A stretch of 64,000 nt of DNA from Eledone cirrhosa. Its lineage: Eukaryota. This document shows positions 17,190-30,484 of the stretch, one piece after another. The number at the start of each line of letters is the position of its first letter. Within the stretch, counting starts at the first letter, position 1. Both the position numbers and the translations under genes were made by a program. The notes beneath the pieces were generated by a model. That model was not told where the DNA came from, ran no database searches, and was given only the letters and a program-made list of their open reading frames with translations. The stretch spans positions 186,001-250,000 of the forward strand of contig OZ024761.1 of NCBI GenBank assembly GCA_964016885.1, read 5' to 3'.

Positions 17190-17247
17190 TTCATTCTGAG
17201 GATTGAAAGCAAAATCTTTTGCTTTTAAGAAACCACTGGTAAATGGA
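17190..17247 (+). ncRNA. Type I hammerhead ribozyme, family H2
   Basis: TTCATT-CTGAGGA-TTGAAAGCAAAA TC TTTTGCTTTTAA-GAAA-CCACTGG-TA-AATGGA; homologous to 42110-42167 and 46068-46125. Confidence 0.85.
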
Positions 17248-17494
17248 ATAATTGCCTTATGTTGTTTATTACATAATATATATATATATATATATATATA
17301 AAACAAAGAGAGTGTGGTAAGGAACCAGGTGGACCATAACGCACCAGAGTACTCGGACTGTCGAAACGGCTGGAGCTCAGCTGTCGGGGTTCTGACTCTT
17401 TTCCTATATATATATATATATATATATATTTATGTATATTATATTTGGCAATATACCGTATGTTTAATTTTCGGCGAAAGCAGGGGAGTACGTG

Positions 17495-17534
17495 GCTCTG
17501 ATGAACGCCAATCAGCGTGAAACAGACTGTCAGC
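17495..17534 (+). ncRNA. Type I hammerhead ribozyme inside an inverted-repeat module (17431-17648)
   Basis: GCT-CTGATGA-ACGC CAATCA GCGT-GAAA-CAGACTG-TC-AGC; outer pairing TTCGGCGAAAG/CTTTCGCCGAA and about 39-bp terminal inverted arms. Confidence 0.88.
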
Positions 17535-17690
17535 TTCTCTCCCTTCTTTCGCCGAAAAGAAGTAAGTGACATAGTAAAACTGATAGCGTATGGTCTTCTA
17601 AATGTTTTTAATTAAACATACGGTATATTGCCAAATATATTATACATACATTCATATATACATCGCTATTTCAGAGCACCAATCATAATA

Positions 17691-17726
<36 letters not shown>

Positions 17727-17859
17727 GTACATTTAAATTTGGTGGTTTACCACTAGGTAGAATTGTTCATTCAGTAATGTTAAGCACTCGTTTTTTTTAT
17801 TTGCTAGTTTCCTTGAAGTTTACCGTCATTCCATTGGTATACACCTATTACGCAATTTA

Positions 17860-17915
17860 CACCTGAAGATGTCACCAGATTCTTACGTAACCTGGCCACT
17901 GAAATGTGCATAGTG
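17860..17915 (+). ncRNA. Type I hammerhead ribozyme
   Basis: CAC-CTGAAGA-..CCAG..CTGG..-GAAA-TGTGCA-TA-GTG. Confidence 0.7.
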
Positions 17916-18156
17916 GTTGCAAAAATTCAACATATTTGCCCTCCTGTAATTTCACTTTATAATATATATATAAGGTTATATTGGAGTGTATCAATATATG
18001 TCCTGGTAAAAATTATAGCTCAATGCTAATTAGTAGAGCAGCAGGCTAACGCCCAGTATATCTATTGAGGTACGGCCAGCTGTCCTACATTGAAACGTTC
18101 GTAGAGTAAAATCCTCTTATAAGTCTAAACTGGTTATTCATTCTTATTTTATTATT

Positions 18157-18200
<44 letters not shown>

Positions 18201-18629
18201 ATTTTTGGCATATAGTTGAATAGTTTAAGAGAAATTTGAGGATAATTGTATGATATGCACTCAATATTTTGAATTTGTCTACAGAATTCTCTAAACCTTT
18301 GTCACTTAGTAGAACCTTAAAGAATTTAGCTTTTAAAGAATCTCCCTTTCCTTTAAATCTATCTGCCATGACTGACCCCCACTGATCTTATAGACACCTG
18401 TTAGCTTAAGAGAAACTTAATAATAAGGAGTGGCACCCCATCCTGAACCTGTTTATAGAATTCTTTCTGCCTTTGTTACTCTAAAAATAAAAATAAACTA
18501 TAGCGTTGTAGAATTAGCTTTTAATGAATTCCCTTTTCTATCAACCAATGACCTACACCCATCCCACTCCCCACCCTCTCCTACCACTTGTAGAGACCTA
18601 TAAATACCATACTTATTTTTTGATACCCA

Positions 18630-18678
18630 GATTCCTGATGATTTCTAAAGAATGAAACAGTTCTAGTCCTGTAGAATC
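18630..18678 (+). ncRNA. Type I hammerhead ribozyme
   Basis: GATTC-CTGATGA-TTTC TAAA GAAT-GAAA-CAG TTCTAGTC CTG-TA-GAATC. Confidence 0.8.
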
Positions 18679-18716
18679 TCATCTATATTAAAACTATATA
18701 TATATATATATATATA

Positions 18717-19504
18717 AAAGGAGATTAATATCCCCACAGGTACTAAGTACCCCTGGAAATATATAGGGTGTCTATGATACAGTGGTGTTCCATGGTATTA
18801 ATTTGACATACCAGAACTATAAAATTGAGATTAGCGGAGCAAGTAAAATTCAAACAATTTCTCAAAATAAATTAAAAAATATAATTTAAATATTTACCTA
18901 ATCCATTTGCTTTTACCGACGGTTTCACCTTACAAAAGATTGGAGATCCTAGGAATCTCCAATGGAAATGTTTTTAATTTATTTTGAGAAATTGTTTGAA
19001 TTTTACTTGCTCCGCTTATCTCAATTTTATAGTTCCGGTATGTCAAATTAATACCATAGAACAACCACTGTATCATAGACACCCTATATATTTCCAGGGG
19101 TACTTAGTACCTGTGGGGATATTAATCTCCTTTTATATTTTCTCCGTTATGTTGAGAACAAATCTGTTGTTTTATTTAGCTGCTATTTTTAGTGATAGAC
19201 AACACGTCTATGTTTACTTCCTGCTTCTACTAAGGGCTGGTTCATACATAGGTCAAGTTTACGGCCTCATTCGATCCTGTGCTAGCTGGCAGGTGGCAAT
19301 ATATTTTGCCGTTCTTGGGACTTCTGTCCTAGGAAAGGAAAATGCTCTCTGATGATCCGAACATTTCCATTGGAGATCCCTAGGATCTCCAATCTTTTGT
19401 AAGGTGAAACCGTCGGTAAAAGCAAATGGATTAGGTAAATATTTAAATTATATTTTTAATTTATTTTGAGAAATTGTTTGAATTTTACTTGTTCCGCTTA
19501 TCTC

Positions 19505-19510
<6 letters not shown>
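18717..19510. mobile_element. TA-embedded PLE-pLTR-like module with inverted and direct partial duplications; hammerhead at 19344-19423 (+)
   Basis: 18717-18873 is inverted at about 18973-19136, and 18826-18972 is inverted at about 19360-19507. HHR: GCTCT-CTGATGA-long helix II-GAAA-CCGTCGG-TA-AAAGC. Confidence 0.8.
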
Positions 19511-19574
<64 letters not shown>

Positions 19575-20638
19575 TCATTGACAAATATATCAATGTGCCC
19601 TGACGCGCAGATATATTGCCCTTGGTATGGCAGTGTGGTTTTAACTCAATGTAGGATAACTGGTATACTACAGAGCCGTTATAGGTTTAGGAATAACCAA
19701 AATGTGCTTAGAAATACATTGTTTTATTAGCTAACAGTGTTTCATCCATACCCTAAGGCAGGTATCAATGAGCCTATAAACAAGAGTATATCAATAGTTG
19801 CATGCTTCTTTAAGCTACGGCACCAGAACAAGGTTAAGGGGCCATCAGGGGCTCCTGAGGCTAGCGCTATATAGAAACAGACTCAATTCATGACGCATGT
19901 ACTGTCATAAAATGTCATAAAAAATGTCATAAAAAAATGTCATTAAAAAATGATATCAAAGATCACATCAAAAATGTATCATTTACATGGTGCAATAGAT
20001 GACAAGGAGGGTGGGAGAGGGTAGCAGGGAATGAGTGAAGGTGTTACTCAGCATGATCAAAAACAATTTAAAAAAAAACAAAAAAAAACAATAAAAAATG
20101 CAGAAACAAAACACCAAAAGAAACAAACATCAAGGCATAGATACATCAAAGCACAAGCAGTGTAGATACAAGATGTACAGGCAGATTAAGACATCTTGCA
20201 AGCATGAGTCTGTGAGAAGGATAGTTGGTGCAGCTTTACATGTAGGATTGTCTATAGGAAAGTTATATCGCCTTGTAATAGGTCGATCCTCCGTATCTTA
20301 TCACCACGCTACGGACAACTTCCATTGGTTCCAGTTCCAAGCGTTAGGCGAAGTAACACTATGTTTCCAAAACATATACTCCGGGGATTTATCCGGATAG
20401 GCAGTCAGCGATAAACCCCTAAATCTAAAATAAAATGAAATGTTTCTATAGTTAGCCTATATATATATATATATATGGAGGAGGTTATAGTTCACTTGAA
20501 GCATTGTGTAATGAGGTATAAACGTTTGAATATGTATAATAAAGCCAAAACAATGCAGGTATGGACATAGAAAAAAGAATGCAATTGCAAAAGATATTGT
20601 TGACAATTCGTCTTTTACCTTAGATTTATTTTAAATGA

Positions 20639-20673
20639 CCTTAATTTTCGAGATAATATCTCTTCTTCAGAGG
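20639..20673 (-). ncRNA. Minimal type I hammerhead downstream of the minus-strand PLE fragment
   Basis: Minus strand CCT-CTGAAGA-A-GAGAT ATT ATCTC-GAAA-AT-TA-AGG. Confidence 0.75.
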
Positions 20674-21048
20674 GAAATAAAGGTCTCAAACCAGCGTTCT
20701 AAATATCTTGCCAAGCCATGCTGACAGGAAGTAGTATAGAGTATCTGTTCTATCTCTAATGTCAAAGAGTTAAAATTAGGTGGATAAAGAGTAGTCTCCC
20801 TTTAAAAGGGGTTTGTTTAGGGATTTTTTTTATATACATGCCTGTTTAAGTGTGTGGGAGAATGCATGAAGGTGTAAGTATGTGAGTGTGTGTGTGTGAG
20901 TGTGAGAAGATAAGTCTATTCGTAAATGTGGGGGATAGGTGTTATCTGGTGTTAGAACTGGTTTTGTGTGTGTATGCGTGAGAGAGAATAAGTGGAGGTA
21001 TAAGCGTGTGTGTGTGTGGGGTGTGTAAATATGGGGCTAGAAGCCCTA

Positions 21049-21537
21049 TCAGGTTATAAATTGCGTGTTGAGTTCTAGTCTATTATTGATTGGTGGTTGT
21101 GTTTTATCTATAATTAGTGCTTCCTTAATTCTAAGATTGCCGAGGTTTCTTTCCTTAGTTTCTATCCTAACTGTTATGGTTTTGTCGGTGTTTTTGCATT
21201 TAACTAGGTGTTTCTTAAATGAGGAGGCGTTAGTATTGAGATGTTCTTTTATTCTTATGTGGAGTGGTCTGGTGGTGCTACCTACGTAGAAGTTGTTGCA
21301 TTTGTCACACTCTAGTCTGTATACGACGTAAGCCTGGTGGCATAGGTCTGTGTCGTTGATGGGGGAGTTGGCTAGTCTGCAGCAGTTGTCATGTCTGGTG
21401 GAGTGTCTTTTGGTTAGCTGTCCGCGTAGAGAAGGACCTGAGTGGGCCAGTTGGATATCTAGTCCTTCTCGTCTGATGGCTCTGCGGATGGCTGTTGTTG
21501 TTTCTTCACTGAAGTGTGGGAGATTCAGGAAGCAAGA
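21049..21537 (-). pseudogene. PLE GIY-YIG endonuclease fragment, same subgroup as 11732-13102
   Basis: Minus-strand translation: AIRRAIRREGLDIQLAHSGPSLR...VVYRLECDKCNNFYVGSTTRPLHIRIKEH...LRIKEALII..QPPINNRLE. Confidence 0.9.
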
Positions 21538-21634
21538 TAGACTAACTATACAAACATGTGCTGTCTCTACAAGAAAGAAATGTTTTTCCGCTTCTTCCTC
21601 TTCTTACTCCCGTCTATCTCTCCATCTATCTCTT

Positions 21635-21669
21635 ATTCTGATGAAAGGCTAACTTCCGAAACGTCAAAT
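21635..21669 (+). ncRNA. Minimal hammerhead-like motif with weak helices
   Basis: CTGATGA-AAGGCTAACTTCC-GAAACGTC; core intact, helices I and II imperfect. Confidence 0.55.
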
Positions 21670-21734
21670 CTCTTATCCTACTATATCAAGCTTTGAAATA
21701 ATATATACCTCCATTGTACTGTATCGTTTTCCTG

Positions 21735-22440
21735 CGATGATGGTAGTGGTGATGGTGATAGTGGTGGCGATGGTAGTGGTGATGGTGATAGTGGTGTTGT
21801 TGATGATGATGGTGAGATTGATGACTGACGGTGATGGTGTTGATAGTGATGATGGTATTTATGGTGGTGATGGTGGTATTGTTGATGGTGTTGATAGTGT
21901 TGCTGGTGCTGGCGTTGATTGTGGTGTTGCTGATGTTAATGATGATAGTGCTGATGAGGGTGGTGCTGACACAGCTGTTGCTGATGATGGTGTTGATGAT
22001 GGTGGTGCTGACACTGCTGTTGCTGATGATGGTGGTGCTGACACTGCTGTTGCTGATGATGATGGTGCTGATGATGGTGTTGATGATGGTGGTGCTGACA
22101 CTGCTGTTGCTGATGATGGTGGTGCTGATGATGGTGCTGATGATGGTGGTGCTGACACTGCTGTTGCTGATGATGGTGATGATGGTGCTGACACTGCTGT
22201 TGCTGATGATGATGGTGCTGACACTGCTGTTGCTGATGATGGTGCTGATGTGGGTGCTGACGGTGGTGGTGATGGTGCTGATGATGGTGATGATGACACT
22301 GCTGTTGCTGATGATGGTGCTGATGATGGTGCTGACACTGCTGTTGCTGATGATGGTGCTGATGATGGTGGTGATAGTGCTGCTGCTGATGATGATTTGT
22401 GCTGACAATGTCATCCTTGCTGATGATGCTGGTGATGCTG
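21735..22440. repeat. GAT/GCT/GGT-based minisatellite
   Basis: Recurring GGTGCTGACACTGCTGTTGCTGATGAT. Confidence 0.9.
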
Positions 22441-22697
22441 CTGGTCTCCATCTCACTCTCGTTGTTCCACGTGTTTCTACAACCAATGGGAATTGGTTAA
22501 CAACACGTCTTCCTCTGGGAAATCAACTTTAGAGCAACTGAATCTACTGTGTTGACTAGTGTTAGCTGATGTGGTGGTGGTGTGGGGGTGTGGGGTGGGT
22601 GGGGGGGGGGGGGGATGGCGTGGCGTGGTGTGTTATGTTTTGGTTTGGTGATCGTACAAGGGTAGGTATAAAAAGCAGAGTGATATATATATAGTAA

Positions 22698-22748
<51 letters not shown>

Positions 22749-22917
22749 ACACACACACATACAGATAAACATACTCAAGTAGATAGACCTATAGGAAGCT
22801 CGGTATATAGTATATATGAGTGTGTGTGTGTGAGTATATGTGTGTGAGTATGTGTGTATATATATATGTGTGTATATATATATATGTGTGTGCGTATATA
22901 TATGTGTGTGTATAGTG

Positions 22918-22952
<35 letters not shown>

Positions 22953-23022
22953 ATATATATATATGTGTGTGTATTTGTGTATATGCATATATATGTGTGT
23001 GTGTGGGTGTATATAATATATA

Positions 23023-23065
<43 letters not shown>

Positions 23066-23073
23066 GTGTGTGT

Positions 23074-23160
<87 letters not shown>

Positions 23161-23162
23161 CA

Positions 23163-23362
23163 CGAAGGTCGGTTAAAAACTTCAAAGGCTGAACAAGATA
23201 CTCTCTTGGAATAATCAAATGAGGTTAATTTTCAATATAGTCCCACGATAGAAACAATGCAGTTATTAATAAGAAGAAGAGTTGGAATTAATGCAAGCAA
23301 GATTCCGCAGCCTTAACATCACTCATTCGTAATCAGCCTGTGGATATTTCAGTCGGCCCTCG
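23163..23362. mobile_element. Putative mariner-type MITE
   Basis: Imperfect TIRs CGAAGGTCGGTTAAAAACTTC / GATATTTCAGTCGGCCCTCG followed by TA. Confidence 0.5.
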
Positions 23363-23419
23363 TATATGTCCATAGTATTAAGCCAAATGTCTCTCCTTTT
23401 GTTTACTGACTCGTTGTCA

Positions 23420-23595
23420 TTTATAGAGTTACGGCCCTTTAATTTCTGAGTTCAAATCCTGCCGAGGTTAGCTTTGCCTTTCATCCTGACGGGGTCAATA
23501 AATTAAAGTACCAGTAACACACTGAGGTTGATTAAATGGGCTCTCTCCTCATTCCAAATGTGTTGGCCTTGTGCATAAATTAGAAACCATTATCA
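23420..23595 (+). mobile_element. 5'-truncated SINE family A
   Basis: B-box and body motifs. Confidence 0.75.
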
Positions 23596-24772
23596 CTGAT
23601 CTTAATTTCCTGTTTTCAGTACTTCTCTTTCTCGCTCGCACTCCCGTTCGCACTCTCGCTCGCACTCTCGCTCGCACTCTCGCTCTCTTGCGCTCTCTCG
23701 CGCTCTCTGGCTCTCTCTCGCGCTCTCTCGCTCTCTCTCGCGCTCTCTCGCTCTCTCTCGCTCTCTCTCGTGCTCTCTCGCTCTCTCTCGCGCTCTCTCG
23801 CTCTCTCTCGCTCTCTCTAGCTCTCTCTAGCTCTCTCTCTTGCGCTCTTTCGCCCTCTCTCGCGCTCTCTCGCTCTCTCTCGCGCTCTCTCGCTCTCTCT
23901 CGCGCACTCTTGGGCTCTCTCGCTCTCTCTCGCGCTCTCTCGCTCGCTCTAACTCGCTCCCTCGCCCGCTCTCACTCTCTCTCGCTCTCCCTCGCTCTCC
24001 CTCGCTCTCGCGGTCTCTCGCTCTCGCTCTCTCTCGCTCTCCCCCGCTCGCTCTCCATCGCTCGCTCTCGCACTCTCTCTCTCTCTCTCTCTCTCTCTCG
24101 CTCTCTCGCTCTCGCACTCTCGCTCTCTCTCACTCTCTCGCTCTCTCTTTCTCCCTCTCTCCCCACCTCCCCTCCGCTCTCCTCCCATCTCTCTCCCGCC
24201 TCTCCCCCAGCATTTCCATCTGCCCCATTCTCTCTTCCCCCTCTCTCCCATTCTCTCTCTCGCTGTAACTCACTCTCTCTCTCTCTCTCTTCCTTCCTAT
24301 CAATCCCAATCTCTAGAGACCCTATCCCTAATTAAACACTAATTACAAGGTTGTTAAACTCCCATTAAAACTATATCATTCAGTATGAAAGATCGATGTT
24401 TTACAAAGAAAAATATACGGTTTAGAGTTGAACAATATGGCTGCGTGGTTAAGATGTCATGCTTTGCAAATACGAGGCTCAGTTCGATCGCGCTTCCTGA
24501 CACATTGGACAGGTGAATACAAGAGTAGCCTAGGATTGCTGATGGTGATGGTGCTGATATTGTTGACCATGTTGACGGAGCTGATGGTGTTGCTGATGAT
24601 GACTAGTGGTTAGAATTTGGTGGACAGCAAGTGTGCAGAAGCCCGTTGTGTGTGTGTCCTGTAAGAAAGGTTTTTTTTAAATAAATTAATGCACCTTTTC
24701 TATTTGATGTGCTAGAATACATTACCTTAATAATGGTTGTTTACCGATTCAACGCAATACTATTCAATAATC

Positions 24773-24821
<49 letters not shown>

Positions 24822-24824
<3 letters not shown>

Positions 24825-25045
24825 TATAAGATCAAAAGATGGTTAAAGGAGCTCCATGTATTTTATTATGCGCATTTCTAAAACAAACATCATCATGCAA
24901 TAATGCGCATAATAAAATACATGGAACTCCTTTAACCATCTTTTGATCTTATATTATGTATACTCCAGTCCTACAAACTGTAGAGTGCTTCTTATCCGAT
25001 ATCTGCATTGCTTTATTGTACTACAATAAAACTCACCTCCTACAT
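24822..25045. mobile_element. Fold-back copy of HHR family H1 (arms about 24822-24876 / 24902-24957, plus 3' extension)
   Basis: Same sequence as about 9550-9598 and 55690-55735, arranged as an inverted repeat between (TA)n tracts; the 5' half of the ribozyme core is missing. Confidence 0.85.
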
Positions 25046-25275
25046 TATATATACATATATATATGTGTGTGTGTGAGTGAGTGTGCGTATATATGTGTCT
25101 GTGTGTATGGATATGCGTGTGTCTCGCTCTATATATATATATGTATACATATATATATATATATATGTATGTACAATGTATTATATTATAGCATGTATAT
25201 ATATATATATACGTTTATTTATATATGTAAATATGTATATGTATACATACATATATATATATATATATATATGTA

Positions 25276-25343
<68 letters not shown>

Positions 25344-25532
25344 CGTACATAAACAAACGATATATTACAGAGACATACAACATTGCCTTTAGCTTATTTA
25401 TCTAAATTCGTGCCAACTTGTCCATTTGACTTATTTGCTTTTCTTAACTTTAGTTGTATTTTTTAATTATACATAAATGCCGGTCTTAGGCTATTAAACA
25501 GAAGGCAGAGTACTCAATAACAGATTGTATAA

Positions 25533-25657
<125 letters not shown>

Positions 25658-25780
25658 CACAAACATATATATACACGCGCGCACACACACACATACACAC
25701 ACACACACGTGTGTGTTTAATTAATCTTCCTGAAGAGGTAAAGTAGGTTGTGTTGTATACTTTACCAAGTTTACAACAGC

Positions 25781-25849
<69 letters not shown>

Positions 25850-26567
25850 ATATATAATACATATACTATATATATATATAAATATGTATATATATATATA
25901 TATATACATATATATAATATATTGTATATGTACATATATATATGTATATAATATATATACACGTGATATAATATGATACATTATATATATATATATATAA
26001 AATGATGTAAGTGATATGAAGTGAATCGAACCGGGGTTGTGGCGTCCGAGTCCTCGGACAGTCATGATAATAGCTAGATTAATGATTTCAATCACTATGG
26101 CTACGAAACAAAGGCTACCATTGTTGTTTATATTAAAGCTGTTGTTTGCTTTTGTTGATTATAATAAATAGAGATGAGAGACATCTAAAACCTTGAACAG
26201 ACACGCCATGCCAGCCATTTGTATTCATAAAAGTCTTTTATTATCCGCCAGACGATACTCAAGCGCCATCTTGATTTGTTTGGTGTTGTGTTTTTATTTT
26301 TCATTATTTTCAGAGGCCAATTAATAGAGTGAGGTAAAGTAGGGGCATTTTTAGACGGGTTAATGTACACAAACAAACACACGCACATATATACATAAAT
26401 ACGCAAATACGCACGTAGAAGTACATACACACATTTAAGTGTAAAATTTCTTCGTTGTGTGAGCATCAAGGACTTGAAGCTTCAAATTACATTGAAAGAA
26501 TAGTTTTGGCTTATATATGTATATATATATAGATATATGCATAAAAGGTATATATATACATATATAG

Positions 26568-26699
<132 letters not shown>

Positions 26700-26853
26700 T
26701 ATACATATATATATATATATAAGTATATATATGTATATATATGTATATATATATGTTTATATATATATATATATGTTTATACATATATATATGTATATAT
26801 ATATATATGTATATATATATGTATATATATATATGTTTATACATACATATATA

Positions 26854-26897
<44 letters not shown>

Positions 26898-26899
26898 AA

Positions 26900-27450
26900 A
26901 GTGGAGGCAAGTGGCCTAGTGGTAAGGGTGTTGGACTTACGATTATAATGTAGTGGGTTCGATTCATGGGTTGAGTGTCGTGTTCTTGATCAAAACACTT
27001 CATTTCACGTTGCTCCAGTATAATCAGTTGAAAATGAGTACCAGCAATAGCTGGGGATTTAACTCTGGGATGGACTACTCCTCAAACATGAGGGTTCTGG
27101 GAGCTGTAAGTCAGCAGAGTTGCAACCCCATCTACTGTACACTGCCAACACCAGGTAACATCTCGCCTCGTCTATACTAACCCCTTCCACTCCACTAGGC
27201 CAATCGCCATGTACACATAAATACACAATGTAGTAAGACCTCATTTGTTTTATGAGTTAGGTGGAGCTGGTTAAATCGGACCGAGGAAACAATGTTTCCA
27301 TTGGTCTTCCCAATTGCTAATACTATCTGTCGGTCAGAAATCCAGGCAGAAGGAGCAGCATGAAATAAAGTGACATAACACATCGACCGGTCCGGGAATC
27401 GAAATCACAACCTCACGATTACGAATCCAGTTATCTAACCAGTCGCCAAT
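26900..27450. mobile_element. tRNA-derived SINE family B copies (about 26900-27060 plus, 27290-27450 minus)
   Basis: A-box TGGCCTAGTGGT, B-box GGTTCGATTC, body CACTTCATTTCACGTTGCTCCAG. Confidence 0.65.
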
Positions 27451-27565
27451 ATATAGTAAGAATCGTTTTTAATTTGGGTCCAAGGCCAACATTTTTAAGG
27501 GAGGAGAAAGTCGATTATATCGAACCGAGTTCTTTAGTGGTACTCTATTTTATCGACCTGTTTAA

Positions 27566-28553
27566 CCCTTTAGCATTTAAACTGGCCATATCCGGCCAGA
27601 ATTCTCTCACCTCGTTCAGTTCAATCCAGCCATAACTGGTTACTCATACTGATGTTAAAGTATTGTTCTCAAAATAAATAACATCAAAATCTCGTAGATT
27701 CGATATTATGCAAAATATTATGTGAGGTAAAGCATTTACTGTGACAATACAATAGTATATATAGAGTAGTGTAAATGTTATGTGAGGTATTATGTGAGGT
27801 AAAGCCTTTACTGTGAAAATACAATAGTATGTATAGAGTAGTGTAAATGTTATGTGAGGTATTATGTGAGGTAAAGCCTTTACTGTGAAGATACAATAGT
27901 ATATATAGAGTAATGTAAATGTTATGTGAGATATTATGTGAGGTAAAGCCTTTACTGTGAAAATACAATAGTATATATAGAGTAATGTAAATGTTATGTG
28001 AGATATTATGTGAGGTAAAGCCTTTACTGTGAAAATACAATAGTATATATAGAGTAATGTAAATGTTATGTGAGGTAAAGCCTTTACTGTGACAATACAA
28101 TAGTATATATAGAGTAATGTAAATGTTATGTGAGATATTATGTGAGGTAAAGCCTTTACTGTGACAATACAATAGTATATATAGAGTAATGTAAATGTTA
28201 TGTGAGGTATTATGTGAGGTAAAGCCTTTACTGTGAAGATACAATAGTATATATAGAGTAATGTAAATGTTATGTGAGATATTATGTGAGGTAAAGCCTT
28301 TACTGTGACAATACAATAGTATATATAGAGTAATGTAAATGTTATGTGAGATATTATGTGAGATAAAGCCTTTACTGTGAAAATACAATAGTATATATAG
28401 AGTAATGTAAATGTTATGTGAGATATTATGTGAGGTAAAGCCTTTACTGTGAAAATACAATAGTATATATAGAGTAATGTAAATGTTATGTGAGGTAAAG
28501 CCTTTACTGTGACAATACAATAGTATATATAGAGTAATGTAAATGCTAAAAGG
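27566..28553. mobile_element. piggyBac-type (TTAA) MITE with an internal 12-unit 72/60-bp tandem array, inserted into a minus-strand SINE A (about 27465-28670)
   Basis: TTAA|CCCTTTAGCATTT ... AAATGCTAAAAGG|TTAA; SINE body resumes on both sides; unexpanded copy at 50068-50276. Confidence 0.88.
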
Positions 28554-28777
28554 TTAAGGATGAAAGGCAAAGCTGACCTTGGTGGGATTTGAACTCAGAA
28601 TGTTAAGAGACGTAACTATATGCCGCAAAGCATATTGTCCGACGCTCTACCAATTACTGCCAATCAACTGCTGGTTTCTGATTTATGCACAGTCAACAAC
28701 TCTAGGGAGAGAGGGAGGTGGGGTGGAAGTTAGCCTTGCAACGATTCGGATCAAACCACAGCCTATAAATTTAACCA

Positions 28778-28823
<46 letters not shown>

Positions 28824-28830
28824 GTGTGTT

Positions 28831-28920
<90 letters not shown>

Positions 28921-29025
28921 ATATATATATAATGTGTGTTTGTGTATATACATATATAAATACACCCACTTGCACGACTGAAGCTCCTTAATAGGTATTT
29001 AATTATGTATGTATTTATGTATAGT

Positions 29026-29067
<42 letters not shown>

Positions 29068-29103
29068 TGTTTGTGTTTGTTTATGTGTATATATATATAT
29101 ATA

Positions 29104-29201
<98 letters not shown>

Positions 29202-29291
29202 GTAATAATAATAAATTTGAAGACTAATTCAGAAGATCCCGTTAAGGGTGAAAGCAGCGATTCTTTGCTTAAACTTTAATCTGTTATTTTA

Positions 29292-29338
<47 letters not shown>

Positions 29339-29489
29339 TGTGTGTGTGTGTGTTTATGTGTATATATATATATGTGTGTGTGTATATGTATATATGTATA
29401 TGTAGATATATGTGTGTATATATATCTATATATGTGTGTGTCCCACATATATATATATGTGTGTGTATATATCTATATATGTATGTGTC

Positions 29490-30046
29490 CCATGGTCGGG
29501 TCGTGGCGACTAAAATGGCAACCCCCACCAAGGTTTCTTGGTGAGGAGGGTGACTTTGGACATCCTGCAGGACTAAAAACAAAACCTGTCAAAGGGCAAA
29601 AGAGCTCTTAAGAGTCAATGGCCATCCAAAATCACCGGGAGAGATGACCCCTTAGCCTCTGACAAGGCAGAATTCTAGGAGAAGGAAAACTCTGATATAA
29701 CACCTGCAACCCTGATGGTATCCAATGATGTTGACTTGTTCTTCTTTTTGGTAAATATCATCTTGGTTAAGAGAGTGGGACTGGCTTTGTGCAGTGCATT
29801 TGCTCACTATAAAAGCTTCATGGCACAGGCATTGCTTTATATCTGGAGATCTCTCTGCACTTGTCGTCACATGGTACCATGGGTCCAACACTATGTGTCA
29901 ATAATTGTCACAAGTGTAGTGTTTGTACCAGAGTTTTCAAGTCGCTGGCTGGACTAAAAAGTCACACTCGTTCAGCGCATCGGTAGGGGTTCTCCTACAT
30001 GGATATAAAGTAGTGGCCGTACTCGAAAACGAGTTGGCAGCCACCA
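29490..30046 (+). mobile_element. About 560-bp non-autonomous RTE-like LINE derivative; further copies 44083-44463 and 56951-57497 on minus
   Basis: Three highly similar copies. The 3' part encodes [23 protein letters not shown], a C2H2-like C-terminus seen in some RTE LINEs. All end at GGCAGCCACCA against a TA/CA microsatellite. Confidence 0.7.
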
Positions 30047-30209
30047 TATGTGTGTGTATATGTATATATATATGTATGTATATGTAGATATATGTGTATA
30101 TATATATATATGTGTGTGTGTGTATGTATATATATATATGTATATATGTATATATATATGTATATGTGTGTACTTGTAATATATATATATATATATGTGT
30201 GTGTGTATG

Positions 30210-30240
<31 letters not shown>

Positions 30241-30280
30241 GTGTGTACGTGTAATATATATATATATATGTGTGTGTATG

Positions 30281-30313
<33 letters not shown>

Positions 30314-30355
30314 GTATATGTGTGTACGTGTAATATATATATATATGTGTGTATG

Positions 30356-30387
<32 letters not shown>

Positions 30388-30430
30388 TGTATATGTGTGT
30401 ACGTGTAATATATATATATATGTGTGTGTG

Positions 30431-30484
<54 letters not shown>

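Noticed and set aside
25730-25770. CTGAAGA followed by a 9-bp helix
   Set aside because: No GAAA or helix III follows; at most a truncated HHR, so not counted.
27644-28570. 308-aa and 278-aa repeat ORFs
   Set aside because: Artefacts of a 72/60-bp array inside a MITE.
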